A program made the position numbers and the translations under genes. From an uncultured Chloroflexia bacterium (GTDB taxonomy: Bacteria; Chloroflexota; Anaerolineae; CG2-30-64-16): 64,000 nt of DNA. How positions within the stretch are numbered: position 1 is the first letter of the stretch; each line of letters opens with the position of its first letter. The stretch covers positions 224,001 to 288,000 of the forward strand of contig CAVZDU010000003.1 in NCBI GenBank assembly GCA_963774265.1, in the 5' to 3' direction. Below are positions 1 through 9,544 of the stretch, one piece after another. The notes under the pieces are model-generated. The model was not told where the DNA came from. It saw only the letters and a list, made by a program, of their open reading frames with translations, and made no database searches.

Positions 1-154
1 TGGCAAGTTCCTGCGCCAGTTCAAAGCGCGCGAAGGAACACTCCTTTCCGGCGTCCGTCACCTGTTCCTGGACGAATCCAAGGGGATGTTCTACATCCTG
101 ACCGCCGATGAGCTGTACAAAGCCAGCGTCCCGCAGGCGGCGCAGACCCCTTAA
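1..154 (+). CDS. Partial CDS (3' end only), possibly a beta-propeller/NHL-like protein
   Basis: Frame 2 is open from the window edge (GKFLRQFKAREGTLLSGVRHLFLDESKGMFYILTADELYKASVPQAAQTP) to TAA at 152-154, then a terminator. Confidence 0.5.
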   Translation, partial: GKFLRQFKAREGTLLSGVRHLFLDESKGMFYILTADELYKASVPQAAQTP

Positions 155-172
155 CAATCATCCTACGGAACC

Positions 173-216
173 AAAAAGCCAGGCGCGCCGTCTCTTGTGA
201 GGCGGCGCTGCTTTTT
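173..216 (+). terminator. Rho-independent terminator
   Basis: Stem GCGCCGTCTC-ttgt-GAGGCGGCGC followed by TGCTTTTT; A-run upstream. Confidence 0.7.
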
Positions 217-283
217 GCGCGTTAGCGCGGGCCGCGCCCGCAATCTTTGGGTCGAAACATCCTTCAAGGTATAATTGATTGCC

Positions 284-1714
284 ATGTCTGAAAATCAGCC
301 TTCATCGAGCCGCCGATCGTTGTGGTCGGGGCTCATACTCGGTGGATTGCTCACCGTTTTCGTAGCGATGTTAGCCTACGTCGCTTACCTGTTTCTTTCC
401 TGGGGGCAGGTTGCTGCACAGCAAGCCCCCGAGATGGCGCCGCTTGCCTTGCCGCAGATCATGCGACCGGCAGCTGAGAACGCAGTCCAACTGACCTCAG
501 CCGAGTCGTCCCTCTTCCGGCCGGCGGGCCGCGCTCAGCAGGATGAGCCGGCTGCAGCCGTAAAACGCACGACCATCTTGCTGTTGGGCGTTGACGCACG
601 CCCCGGGCAGACGATCGCACGCACGGATTCCATTATCTTGCTGACTTTCAACCCCGAAACAAGTGCAGCGGGCATGTTGTCGATCCCTCGCGACTTGAAG
701 GTGCGGCCGACTGCACTGAATCGCGACATGAAGATCACCTCGGTGTTCCCCGCAGGTGAGGCGGCAGGCTATCCCGGCGGGGGCCCGGCGCTGCTTGAAG
801 AGACGATCAGTGAGCTGCTGGGCTACTCGGTCGACTACTACGTAGTAGTCAACTTCGACGGTTTCAAAGACATTATAGACCTGATTGGCGGCGTCGAGAT
901 CACTGTGCCGTACGAGATCTATGACGACAAGTACCCCGATGAGAAATACGGCTATCTACCGCCAGTGCATTTCCTTCCTGGCAAGCAACTCATGGACGGT
1001 GACACGGCGCTGAAATATGCGCGCACCCGCCATGCCGACAACGACTACGCGCGCGCCGGGCGCCAACAACAGGTCATCATGGCCATCAAGGATAAAGTGA
1101 CGGCGCAAGGACAGATGGCGGCCCTGCTGCCGCGGCTCCCGGGTCTGGCTGTGGCCATGGCCAACTCGGTTCAGACGGATGTGTCGGTCGACAAGGCGAT
1201 TGGCCTGGCGCGTGCCATTGATAAGATGGATTTGAACAATATCGCGCGCGTCGTCATCGATCCGAAGATGGGCCGCGTCATACCGAATGACCCGGAGCTG
1301 GGCTACACGCTCGTGCCTGACCTGACGAAGGTGCGCGCGGCCGCGGATGCGATCTTCGCCGATGTTGCGGCGGGGCCATCCCCGGAAGAGGTGGCTCGCC
1401 AGACAATCCAGGCCGAGGCTGCACGCATCGTGCTGCTCAACGGTACGCAGGAGAAAGGTCTGGCCTCGAAACTGCAAGCCACGCTGATCACCCAGGGCTA
1501 CAACGTTACCACCGTAGGCAACGCGGATAATGCGGATTACGGCGAGTCCGAGCTGGTGATCCATGGGGAGATTAAGACAGCCACCGTGAATGCCCTGATG
1601 AATTGGTTTGGTATCACGGAGGATCGGGTGAGCACCCAGCCGGCTGCGGAGGACAGGGATATCACCGTAGTCGTCGGTGACGATCAAGTGCAGGCGCAAC
1701 TGGCGAAACCCTGA
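284..1714 (+). CDS. LCP (LytR-CpsA-Psr) family protein with LytR_C domain
   Basis: N-terminal TM helix; ILLLGVDAR..RTDSII, SIPRDL and ALKYARTRHADNDYARAGRQQQV motifs; C-terminal IVLLNGT..GLA..DITVVVGDD. Confidence 0.92.
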   Translation: MSENQPSSSRRSLWSGLILGGLLTVFVAMLAYVAYLFLSWGQVAAQQAPEMAPLALPQIMRPAAENAVQLTSAESSLFRPAGRAQQDEPAAAVKRTTILLLGVDARPGQTIARTDSIILLTFNPETSAAGMLSIPRDLKVRPTALNRDMKITSVFPAGEAAGYPGGGPALLEETISELLGYSVDYYVVVNFDGFKDIIDLIGGVEITVPYEIYDDKYPDEKYGYLPPVHFLPGKQLMDGDTALKYARTRHADNDYARAGRQQQVIMAIKDKVTAQGQMAALLPRLPGLAVAMANSVQTDVSVDKAIGLARAIDKMDLNNIARVVIDPKMGRVIPNDPELGYTLVPDLTKVRAAADAIFADVAAGPSPEEVARQTIQAEAARIVLLNGTQEKGLASKLQATLITQGYNVTTVGNADNADYGESELVIHGEIKTATVNALMNWFGITEDRVSTQPAAEDRDITVVVGDDQVQAQLAKP

Positions 1715-1782
1715 GCCCCGGGCGAGCATATGACAGCCGTCATTGCGGTTTGCACCCTCGTGTGGTAACACGAGGGTACTCG

Positions 1783-2160
1783 ATGTTAAAGGCTGGTGTC
1801 ATGCAGCTTCGCGATGTGCTGGCGGCCCTGGGAGCTCGCCCCATCTCCCCTAATGTCAATCTGTGCACCGAAGTACGAGCAGGGTTTGCGGCTGACTTGA
1901 TGAGCGACGCGCTTCGTTATGATTTGTCAGAGGCCCTGCTGGTGTCAGGGTTGGCGAATCCCCAAGTGGTGCGCACGGCCGAGATGGCCGATGTGGCCGC
2001 CATCCTGATGGTGCGGGGCAAAACTCCGACCCCGGAAACCTTAGAACTGGCCGCGGAAATCGGCGTTCCCTTTTTGGGCACCGAATTGACGATGTTTGAA
2101 TCGTGTGGTCGTCTGTACGCCGCCGGCCTGCCAGCCTGCAAGGCTTTTCACGGCAACTAA
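1783..2160 (+). CDS. DRTGG-domain protein (HPr kinase N-terminal-like)
   Basis: ADLMSDAL..LLVSGLANPQVVRTAEMADVAAILMVRGK..MFESCGRLY pattern. Confidence 0.85.
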   Translation: MLKAGVMQLRDVLAALGARPISPNVNLCTEVRAGFAADLMSDALRYDLSEALLVSGLANPQVVRTAEMADVAAILMVRGKTPTPETLELAAEIGVPFLGTELTMFESCGRLYAAGLPACKAFHGN

Positions 2161-3113
2161 TGAGCCCATCTGAAGTATTCAAAGCCCAGGAGTTAGTCTA
2201 CGAGCTAAAGATCGGCGATATCATGACGCGCCGATTGATCAGCGTGACCCCTGAGACAACGATGCGCGAGGTGAAGCAGGTGCTGCGCGACCATCGCATC
2301 TCTGGCCTGCCGGTCATGCGAGACAATCACCTTGTGGGCATCGTCAGCATCGAGAATGTGATTCAGGCCCTCGAGCTGAATGACCTGGACGCAGATGTCA
2401 ATCGTTACATGTCGAGCCTGGTTCACACCATCGGTGAGAGCGAGTCCGCGGTCCGCGCGCTGAACGTTTTTTCGCGCGCTGCAGTCGGCCGGCTGCCTGT
2501 GGTGGACGAAGAGAGGCGGCTGGTTGGCATCCTGACGCCGGGAGATATTACGCGCGGGGTGTTGCGCGCGTTGGAGCGGGCGTATCACGAGGAAGAGATC
2601 CGCAAATATCGCGTGCGTCATCTTTTCGAGGACGTCAGCTCGGACCGGACGAGTCTGATCCTGCGCTATGATATCGCCTTGCGAGACTTTACCCGTGCTG
2701 GCCGCGCATCCAGCCAACTCAAGCAGACGCTTGTCCGGCTGGGTGTGGATCCCCGCATCGTCCGCCGCGTAGCGATCGTGTCCTACGAAGCCGAGATGAA
2801 CATCGTCATTCACAGCGACAGCGGCGGCAACATCGTGGCGGAAATCAACCCTGACCTGATCGCGATCCTGGCGTATGACTCGGGCCCCGGTATTGAAGAC
2901 GTGCAGCGCGCCATGCAGCCCGGCTGGAGCACTGCGCCGGACTGGATTCGTGAGATGGGCTTTGGCGCGGGCATGGGGCTGGTCAACATCAAAGCGACGG
3001 CCGATGAAATGTACCTTGATTCATGGCCGCACAAGAGCACCAAACTGGAAGCTGTCATCTATCTGAAACCCGGGGAGGGTAAGACAAGCAATGAGACTGA
3101 CGGAAGTAGTTGA
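2160..3113 (+). CDS. CBS-pair fused to anti-sigma-factor-like Ser/Thr kinase (HATPase)
   Basis: Two CBS repeats (ISGLPV, VGRLPVV), then YEAEMNIVIH, DSGPGI and GFGAGMGL ATP-lid motifs; TAATG overlap with the upstream gene. Confidence 0.85.
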   Translation: MSPSEVFKAQELVYELKIGDIMTRRLISVTPETTMREVKQVLRDHRISGLPVMRDNHLVGIVSIENVIQALELNDLDADVNRYMSSLVHTIGESESAVRALNVFSRAAVGRLPVVDEERRLVGILTPGDITRGVLRALERAYHEEEIRKYRVRHLFEDVSSDRTSLILRYDIALRDFTRAGRASSQLKQTLVRLGVDPRIVRRVAIVSYEAEMNIVIHSDSGGNIVAEINPDLIAILAYDSGPGIEDVQRAMQPGWSTAPDWIREMGFGAGMGLVNIKATADEMYLDSWPHKSTKLEAVIYLKPGEGKTSNETDGSS

Positions 3114-3426
3114 CGCGCTGGATCTGCGCGTGGCCTCAGGAGCCAGCCATCTCGACGTCGAAGTGACCGGTGGTTACACCTCCGATCTGTTGAGTTGCGC
3201 GATGGCAGGTGCTGCCCAGGGCAGCCTGTGGATCACTCTGCAGGCGCATCTGAACGTGGTGGCCGTGGCAAGCCTGAACGAGCTGGCCGGTGTGATTGTG
3301 ACCGAGGGGAAGCCGGTGTCGAATGAGACAGCCCTCAAGGCTGAGGAAGAAGGCGTGGCGCTACTCTTGACCCCGCTGACTTCGTACCAGGTTGCGGGGC
3401 GGCTCTGGGATCTGGGGGTCAGGTGA
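3091..3426 (+). CDS. DRTGG-domain protein
   Basis: VTGGYTSDLLS..WITLQAHLNVVAVASL pattern. Confidence 0.8.
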   Translation: MRLTEVVDALDLRVASGASHLDVEVTGGYTSDLLSCAMAGAAQGSLWITLQAHLNVVAVASLNELAGVIVTEGKPVSNETALKAEEEGVALLLTPLTSYQVAGRLWDLGVR

Positions 3427-4151
3427 TCTACGCTGATCTGCACCTGCACACCGTCCTGTCGCCGTGCGCCGAGGTGGAGATGGTGCCGCCGCTCATCGTC
3501 CGGCGGGCGCTGGCGCTGGGGTTGGGGCTTCTTGCGGTCACCGACCATAACGCGGCAGCGAATTGCGCGGCAATGATGGCCGCGGCAGAGGGCACAGGGC
3601 TGGTGGTCCTGCCCGGGATGGAGATGCAGACCGCGGAGGAGGTGCATTTGCTGTGCCTCTTCGAGACGCTCGAACAGGCACTCACGTGGCAGGGTACGGT
3701 CTTCGACCATCTGCCGGACGCGCCGAACCCGGAGGATCTTCTGGGCGGGCAGTATGTGGTGGACCGCGAGGGCGACTATGTGCGGACCGAGGACCGGCTG
3801 CTCGCGACGTCGACTGATTTGGCGCTGGAAGAGGCGATTCGTCGGGTGACAGCCCTTGGGGGGCTGGCTATCCCCGCGCACATCGACCGGCCATCCTTTA
3901 GCCTGCTCTCGAACCTGGGATTTGTGCCGCCGGCCCTCCCTGCACCGGCGCTGGAGATCTTCCGCCTGACGGAGCCCGCCGAATTGCTCGCAAAGCATCC
4001 GGCCGTTGGCCGGTATCCCCTGGTCAGGAATAGCGACGCGCACCAGTTGAGCGATATGCGGCGCGGGATTGCGTTTGAGGCGGAGACCGCCTCATTCGGA
4101 ACGTTGCAGGCTGCATTGGCGAGACCGGACGGTGTCTCCCTGCAAGCCTGA
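3423..4151 (+). CDS. PHP-domain phosphoesterase
   Basis: DLHLHT..SPC, TDHN, GME..EEVH, AHIDR, NSDAH metal ligands. Confidence 0.9.
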   Translation: MIYADLHLHTVLSPCAEVEMVPPLIVRRALALGLGLLAVTDHNAAANCAAMMAAAEGTGLVVLPGMEMQTAEEVHLLCLFETLEQALTWQGTVFDHLPDAPNPEDLLGGQYVVDREGDYVRTEDRLLATSTDLALEEAIRRVTALGGLAIPAHIDRPSFSLLSNLGFVPPALPAPALEIFRLTEPAELLAKHPAVGRYPLVRNSDAHQLSDMRRGIAFEAETASFGTLQAALARPDGVSLQA

Positions 4152-4165
4152 CGGTCCAGCGAGGT

Positions 4166-4237
4166 ATGACATGCGTCATTTTACGTTATGGCGCGATATG
4201 TTATACTGCACAATTGCCTACGTGGCATATTTCACGA
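4166..4237 (+). promoter_or_regulatory. Internal sigma70-type promoter with flanking operator-like palindromes
   Basis: TTTACG (4180-85), 16 bp spacer, TG-t-TATACT extended -10 (4199-4207); ATGAC-n4-GTCAT at 4166-4179; Rex-like ACGTGGCATATTTCACGA at 4220-4237. Confidence 0.55.
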
Positions 4238-4253
4238 TCGGACGATCCTGCTC

Positions 4254-4727
4254 ATGATTGAAGACCTCACGACTCTCGATTTCGCTCCCCTGGACAAGGT
4301 CCTTGAGGAGTACGCCGGCCAGAAGGGCGCAGTCATCCCTATCCTGCAGCATGTTCAGGATGCCTACGGATTCCTGCCCAAGGAGGTCCTGGGCGAGATC
4401 TCGAAGCGGACGGGCATCCCGGTGAGCCGGCTGATCGGGGTGGCGACTTTCTACGCCCAATTCCGGCTGAACCGCTGCGGTAAGCACCTGATTCGCATCT
4501 GTGATGGCACCGCCTGTCATGTCCGCGGCGCGTCCAAGTGCATCGAGACAGTGGAGAAACAACTTGGTGTGCCCGCCGGCGGCACATCTGATGATTACGA
4601 GTACACGATGGAAATCGTCTACTGCCTGGGTTCCTGCGGCCTGGCGCCAGTGGCGGTGATTGACGACAAGGTGTACGGCCGTTTGACGCCGAACGTCCTC
4701 GTACAGCAACTCGAGACGCTTGGATAG
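4254..4727 (+). CDS. NuoE/HydC-like [2Fe-2S] subunit
   Basis: IPILQHVQDAYGFLP, VATFYAQF, CDGTACHVRG, CLGSCGLAPV. Confidence 0.92.
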   Translation: MIEDLTTLDFAPLDKVLEEYAGQKGAVIPILQHVQDAYGFLPKEVLGEISKRTGIPVSRLIGVATFYAQFRLNRCGKHLIRICDGTACHVRGASKCIETVEKQLGVPAGGTSDDYEYTMEIVYCLGSCGLAPVAVIDDKVYGRLTPNVLVQQLETLG

Positions 4728-4889
4728 TAGGGGAGTTGCGCGCCCGTAGGGGTGTTGCATGCCCGTAGAGACGTTGCATGCCCGTAGGGGCGTTGCATGC
4801 CCGTAGAGACGTTGACATGCCCGTAGAGACGTTGACATGCCCGTAGAGACGTTGCATGCCCGTAGAGACGTTGCATGCAACGTCTCTAC
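4727..4889. repeat. Tandem array of seven 19-20 bp GTAG-REP half-units ending in one perfect 28 bp palindrome
   Basis: Units GTAGAGACGTTG(A)CATGCCC start at 4727, 4746, 4765, 4784, 4803, 4823 and 4843; GTAGAGACGTTGCATGCAACGTCTCTAC at 4862-4889. Confidence 0.95.
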
Positions 4890-4902
4890 AGAGTCATAGA
4901 TT

Positions 4903-5478
4903 ATGCTGGAGCTGGCTCTGCACATACTGGATATCCTGCAAAATACGGTCGAGGCCGGCGCAACTCGCGTCAGACTCAGCATCGTGGAGGATCAGCCCGC
5001 AGACCGCCTGACTATCACCGTGACCGACAATGGACGCGGAATGGACGAACAAACCGCGCGGCGGGTGCTGAACCCCTTCTACACCACCCGCACAACTCGT
5101 CACGTGGGCCTTGGATTGCCGCTGTTTGCCGCCGCAGCGGAGGGAGCCGGCGGAGGACTGAGCATCCGCTCGCAGCCAGGACAGGGGACTACGGTCGAAA
5201 CCACGTTTCAACTGAGTCACCCAGACCGGCAGCCGCTCGGTGATATGGCGGGGACGCTGCTGGCATTTCTTCTGACCGGGCAGGCGCCGGATCTCGTGTA
5301 TGCGCATCACGTGCTCACCAACCAGGTTTCTGCCAGCAACCTGGTTAGTGAGAACGAATTTTCATTTGACATCGCCGACATTCGTGCCGAACTTGACGGC
5401 GTGCCACTGAATCAACCCCGGGTGGCGCAGTGGCTGGCGGAGTTCTTGGCCGAAGGCGAAGCAGAACTCATTCATTGA
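4903..5478 (+). CDS. Stand-alone histidine-kinase-like ATPase (HATPase_c) of hydrogenase-type operons
   Basis: ELALHILDILQN, DNGRGM, PFYTTRTTRHVGLGLP, HPDRQPLGD. Confidence 0.88.
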   Translation: MLELALHILDILQNTVEAGATRVRLSIVEDQPADRLTITVTDNGRGMDEQTARRVLNPFYTTRTTRHVGLGLPLFAAAAEGAGGGLSIRSQPGQGTTVETTFQLSHPDRQPLGDMAGTLLAFLLTGQAPDLVYAHHVLTNQVSASNLVSENEFSFDIADIRAELDGVPLNQPRVAQWLAEFLAEGEAELIH

Positions 5479-5488
5479 GGTAAACCAT

Positions 5489-5863
5489 ATGCCCAAGCTC
5501 AAGTCCCTGGATGACCTGAGGCGCATCCGTGAGGACGCGCAACAAACCCTGAAGACACGACTGGACACCGGTACGACCATCATCGTGGGCATGGGCACCT
5601 GCGGCATCGCGGCCGGTGCGCGCGACACGATGCACGCCATCCTGGATGAGCTGGCCCAGCGCAATATTGACGCCCACGTGACCACCGTCGGCTGCATCGG
5701 CCAGTGCGTCAAGGAGCCATTGGTCGATATCGAACAGGCAGGCCAGCCGCGCATCACGTATGCCAACGTCCGGCCTGATATGGTGTCACGCCTGATCGAA
5801 GAGCATCTGATAAATGGCCAGCCGGTCGAAGAGTGGATCGTCGGCCGTATGGATAAGAATTGA
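5489..5863 (+). CDS. Thioredoxin-like [2Fe-2S] ferredoxin subunit (HydD/HndB-like)
   Basis: VGMGTCGIAAGA, VGCIGQCVKEPLV. Confidence 0.9.
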   Translation: MPKLKSLDDLRRIREDAQQTLKTRLDTGTTIIVGMGTCGIAAGARDTMHAILDELAQRNIDAHVTTVGCIGQCVKEPLVDIEQAGQPRITYANVRPDMVSRLIEEHLINGQPVEEWIVGRMDKN

Positions 5864-5877
5864 CAGGGGAGCAGCCA

Positions 5878-6345
5878 ATGGAACAATTCAACAGCATCGA
5901 GGCCGTGATCAATCGGGCGATCGAGCTCGAGGTCGAGGCCGTGACCATGTACAGCAATGCAGCACAGACGATCAAGGATGACGCCGTGCGCCAGCGTCTG
6001 CTGGAGATGGCCGCGCAGGAGCGGGGACACAAGACCAAGCTGGAGGATATCCTCGCGGGCAACGTGCGCTGGGCCATCCGGCGCTCCAAGGCCGAGCCGG
6101 TGACAGACCTGCGCCTGAGCGATCACCTGGTCGGCGGGTCGCTGGATCCCAAGGCCGACTACCAGGACGTGCTCCTCTTTGCCGCGCAGCGCGAGAAGGC
6201 CGCACACGAATTCTACAAGGCAATGGGTGAGATGATCGACGACAAGCTCGTCCAGAACCTCTTCGAGATGCTGGCCACCGAAGAACTGCGCCATAAGTAC
6301 GTGCTTGAAAAGACGTACGAAGAGGTTGTTTACAAGGACATCTAA
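5878..6345 (+). CDS. Ferritin-like/rubrerythrin-family diiron protein
   Basis: AIELE..Y..QERGH and AQREK..FY..EELRH paired ExxH motifs; no rubredoxin domain. Confidence 0.85.
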   Translation: MEQFNSIEAVINRAIELEVEAVTMYSNAAQTIKDDAVRQRLLEMAAQERGHKTKLEDILAGNVRWAIRRSKAEPVTDLRLSDHLVGGSLDPKADYQDVLLFAAQREKAAHEFYKAMGEMIDDKLVQNLFEMLATEELRHKYVLEKTYEEVVYKDI

Positions 6346-6347
6346 GC

Positions 6348-9300
6348 ATGGATAGCAACCTGTTTACGAACTCAGCTACCGAGGGCCCGCGCATCGATCC
6401 ACTGCTCCGCGCCGAAGTGCTGATCTGCGGCGGCACGGGCTGCCACTCCTCCAACTCGCATGAGGTCACGATGGCGATGGAGGCCGAGGTGGCCCGGCGT
6501 GGGCTGGCCGGGGAAGTACGCGTCGTGCCCACCGGCTGCCGCGGCTTCTGCTCCATGGGTCCGGTCATGATGATCTACCCCGAGGGCATCCTCTACTGCC
6601 AGGTGCAGCCCAGCGACGTGCCCGAGATCGTCGAGGAGACGCTGCTCAAGGGCCGCCAGGTCAAGCGCCTCACCTATGAGGAACCGATCCAGCACAAGGC
6701 GCTGCCGTTTTACCACGACATTCCGTTCTACGGCAAACAGATCCGCATCGCGCTCCGCAACTGCGGCCTGATCAACCCGGAGAGCATCGACGAGTACATC
6801 GCACACGATGGCTATGCTGCGCTGGGCAAGGTCTTGACCAGCATGTCGCCGGATGATGTGCTGCGCGAGATGAAGGATTCGGGGCTGCGCGGCCGCGGCG
6901 GCGCGGGCTTCCTGACCGGCCTGAAGTGGGAGTTCGCGCGGCGCAGCGCAGAACTTCCCCAAGTATGTCGATCTGCAACGCCGACGAGGGCGACCCGGGC
7001 GCGTTCATGGATCGCTCGATCCTGGAAGGTGACCCGCACAGCCTGATGGAAGGCATGACCATCGCCGGCTACGCGATCGGCGCCGCGCGAGGGGTACATC
7101 TACTGCCGCGCCGAATACCCGCTGGCAATCGCACCGCCTGAAGACGGCCATCGCGCAGGCGCACGAGTATGGCCTGCTTGGGCGAGAACATCCTGGGCAG
7201 TCGACTTCTCCTTCGATCTGAAGGTCAAAGAGGGCGCAGGCGCCTTCGTCTGCGGCGAAGAAACTGCGCTGATGGCCTCCATCGAGGGCAAGCGCGGCGA
7301 GCCGCGGCCCCGCCCGCCGTTCCCTGCCGTCGCCGGCCTCTGGAACAAGCCCTCCAACGTCAACAACGTCAAGAGCTACGCCATGACGCCCCAGATCATC
7401 CTGAAGGGCGCGGCATGGTTCAAGGCCATCGGCCCGGAGAAGTCGCCCGGCACCGCGATCTTCGCCCTGACCGGCAAGATCAACAACACCGGCCTGATCG
7501 AAGTGCCGATGGGCATCCCCCTGGGCGAGATCATCTTCGACGTGGGCGGCGGCATCCCCAAGGGCAAGCCGTTCAAGGCCGTGCAGACGGGCGGCCCGCT
7601 GGGCGGCTGTCTGCCGGCTTCGGCGCTGAACACGCCGGTCGACTTCGACTCACTGACCGCTGCGGGCGCGACCATGGGCTCGGGCGGCATGATCGTCGTC
7701 GACGACGACACCTGCATGGTGGAGTTCGCCAAGTACTTCCTGCAGTTCGCCACCGCCGAGTCGTGCGGCAAGTGCGTGCCCTGCCGGGTCGGCGGCATGC
7801 GGCTGCTGGAGGTCCTCGACGCGGATCACCGAGGGCAAGGGCACGCGCGCGGACGTGGACACGATCAAGTACATCTCGGCCAACATGCAGGCGGCCTCGC
7901 TGTGCTCGCTGGGCCAGCTGACCCCCGGCCCGGTGATGTCGGCCATCCGCTTCTTCGAGCAGGAGTTCCTCGACCACATCGACGACAAGAACTGCCCGGC
8001 CGGCCAATGCAAGCCGCTGGTGCGCGCCAAGTGCATCAACGCCTGCCCGGCCGGCGTCGAGAGCCCGGCCTACCTGGCGCTGGTGGCCCAGGGCCGCTAC
8101 GCCGAGGGGCTGGAAATCCATCGCCAGCGCAACCCGTTCGCCCTCGATCTGCGGCCGCGTCTGCCCGGCGTTCTGCGAGCAGAAGTGCCGCCGCGGCGAG
8201 ATCGACGAGCCGATCAGCATCCGCCTGGTCAAGCGCTTCATGGCCGATCACGAGGTCGCAGGCCCCGTGGACCCCCGAGCACATCGAAGCCTGCCAAGCG
8301 GTCAGAAGGTCGCCGTTGTGGGCGCCGGCCCGGCCGGCCTGACCGCGGCGCTGCGCCTGGCGCAACGGGGCTACCGGGTGACGTGGTCTTCGAGAAGCTG
8401 CCTATCCCGGGCGGCATGATGACGGTCGGCATCCCGGAGTACCGCCTGCCCACGCGAGCCGCTCTTCGCCGAGATCGAGAACATCCAGCGTGCCGGCGTG
8501 GAGATCCGCTGCAACCAGGCGCTGGGCAGCGACTTCACGCTCGACGACCTGTTCGAACGAGACGGCTACAACGCCGTGGTGCTGGCCATCGGCGCGCACA
8601 GCAGCCGCAAGCTGGGCATCCCTGGCGAGGAGAAGGCCGGCGTCGTCCACGGCACCGACTTCCTGCGCGAGGTCGGCCTGATCAACCGGTGGCGGCGGCG
8701 ACGGCCAGCACTCATGCCGGCAGTCGCCGGCAAGCGTGTGGCCGTGGTCGGCGGCGGCGACGTGGCCCTCGACGCGGCACGCACCGCCTGGCGGCTGGGC
8801 GCCAACGAGGTCCACGTCATCTACCGGCGCCAGCGCGCAGGACATGCCCGCCTATGCCGAGGAAGTGCACGCGGCGATACGACGAAGGCATCCAGTTCCA
8901 CTTCCTGGCCAACCCGGTGCAGGTGCTGGGCGACGGTCACGTGACCGGCGTCGTGGTGCAGCGGCAGCGGCTGGGCGATTTCGACAACGGCGGCCGGCGG
9001 CGGCCCGTGCCTGCGGAGGGCGACGACTTCACGCTGGATGTCGACGTGTTGATCCCGGCCATCGGCCAGACCACCGACACCGTCGTGGATGCAGCAGGCC
9101 GGCATCAAAGTCAGCCGATCCAGCACGTTCGACGTCGGTGACGCGTACAACACGTCGCGGGCGCGGCGTCTTCGCCGCTGGCGACGCCGTGAGCGGGCCG
9201 GCGACGGTGATCGAGGCGGTGGCCCAGGGCAACCTGGTGGCCGTCGCGGTCGATCACTGGCTCAAGACGGCCCAGTATGACGAAGCCGCGCTACGAAACC

Positions 9301-9540
9301 GAGCGGCCCGACATCGCCCAGTACTTCAGCCTGGATGACTATGCCAATGCCCACCGGCCGCATGTGCCCGAATTGGCGCTGACCGAGCGGCACGGCACCT
9401 TCCGGGAAGTGGAATTGGGCTTCGACGAACACACGGCGCGCGAGGAAGCCAAGCGCTGCCTGCGCTGTGACCTGGAGTGGCTGGACTTCATGAAGTTGCC
9501 GAAGCCCGAGGCAATAGAAGCCGTAGAAAGGAGCCTGTGA
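6348..9540 (+). CDS. NuoF/HydB-like flavoprotein fused to a GltD/NfnB-like FAD/NAD(P) oxidoreductase (frameshifted in assembly)
   Basis: Across frames: [89 protein letters not shown]. Confidence 0.88.
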
Positions 9541-9544
9541 CCCA

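Noticed and set aside
4727-4889. Possible CRISPR array
   Set aside because: Units are contiguous with no unique spacers, and there are no cas genes
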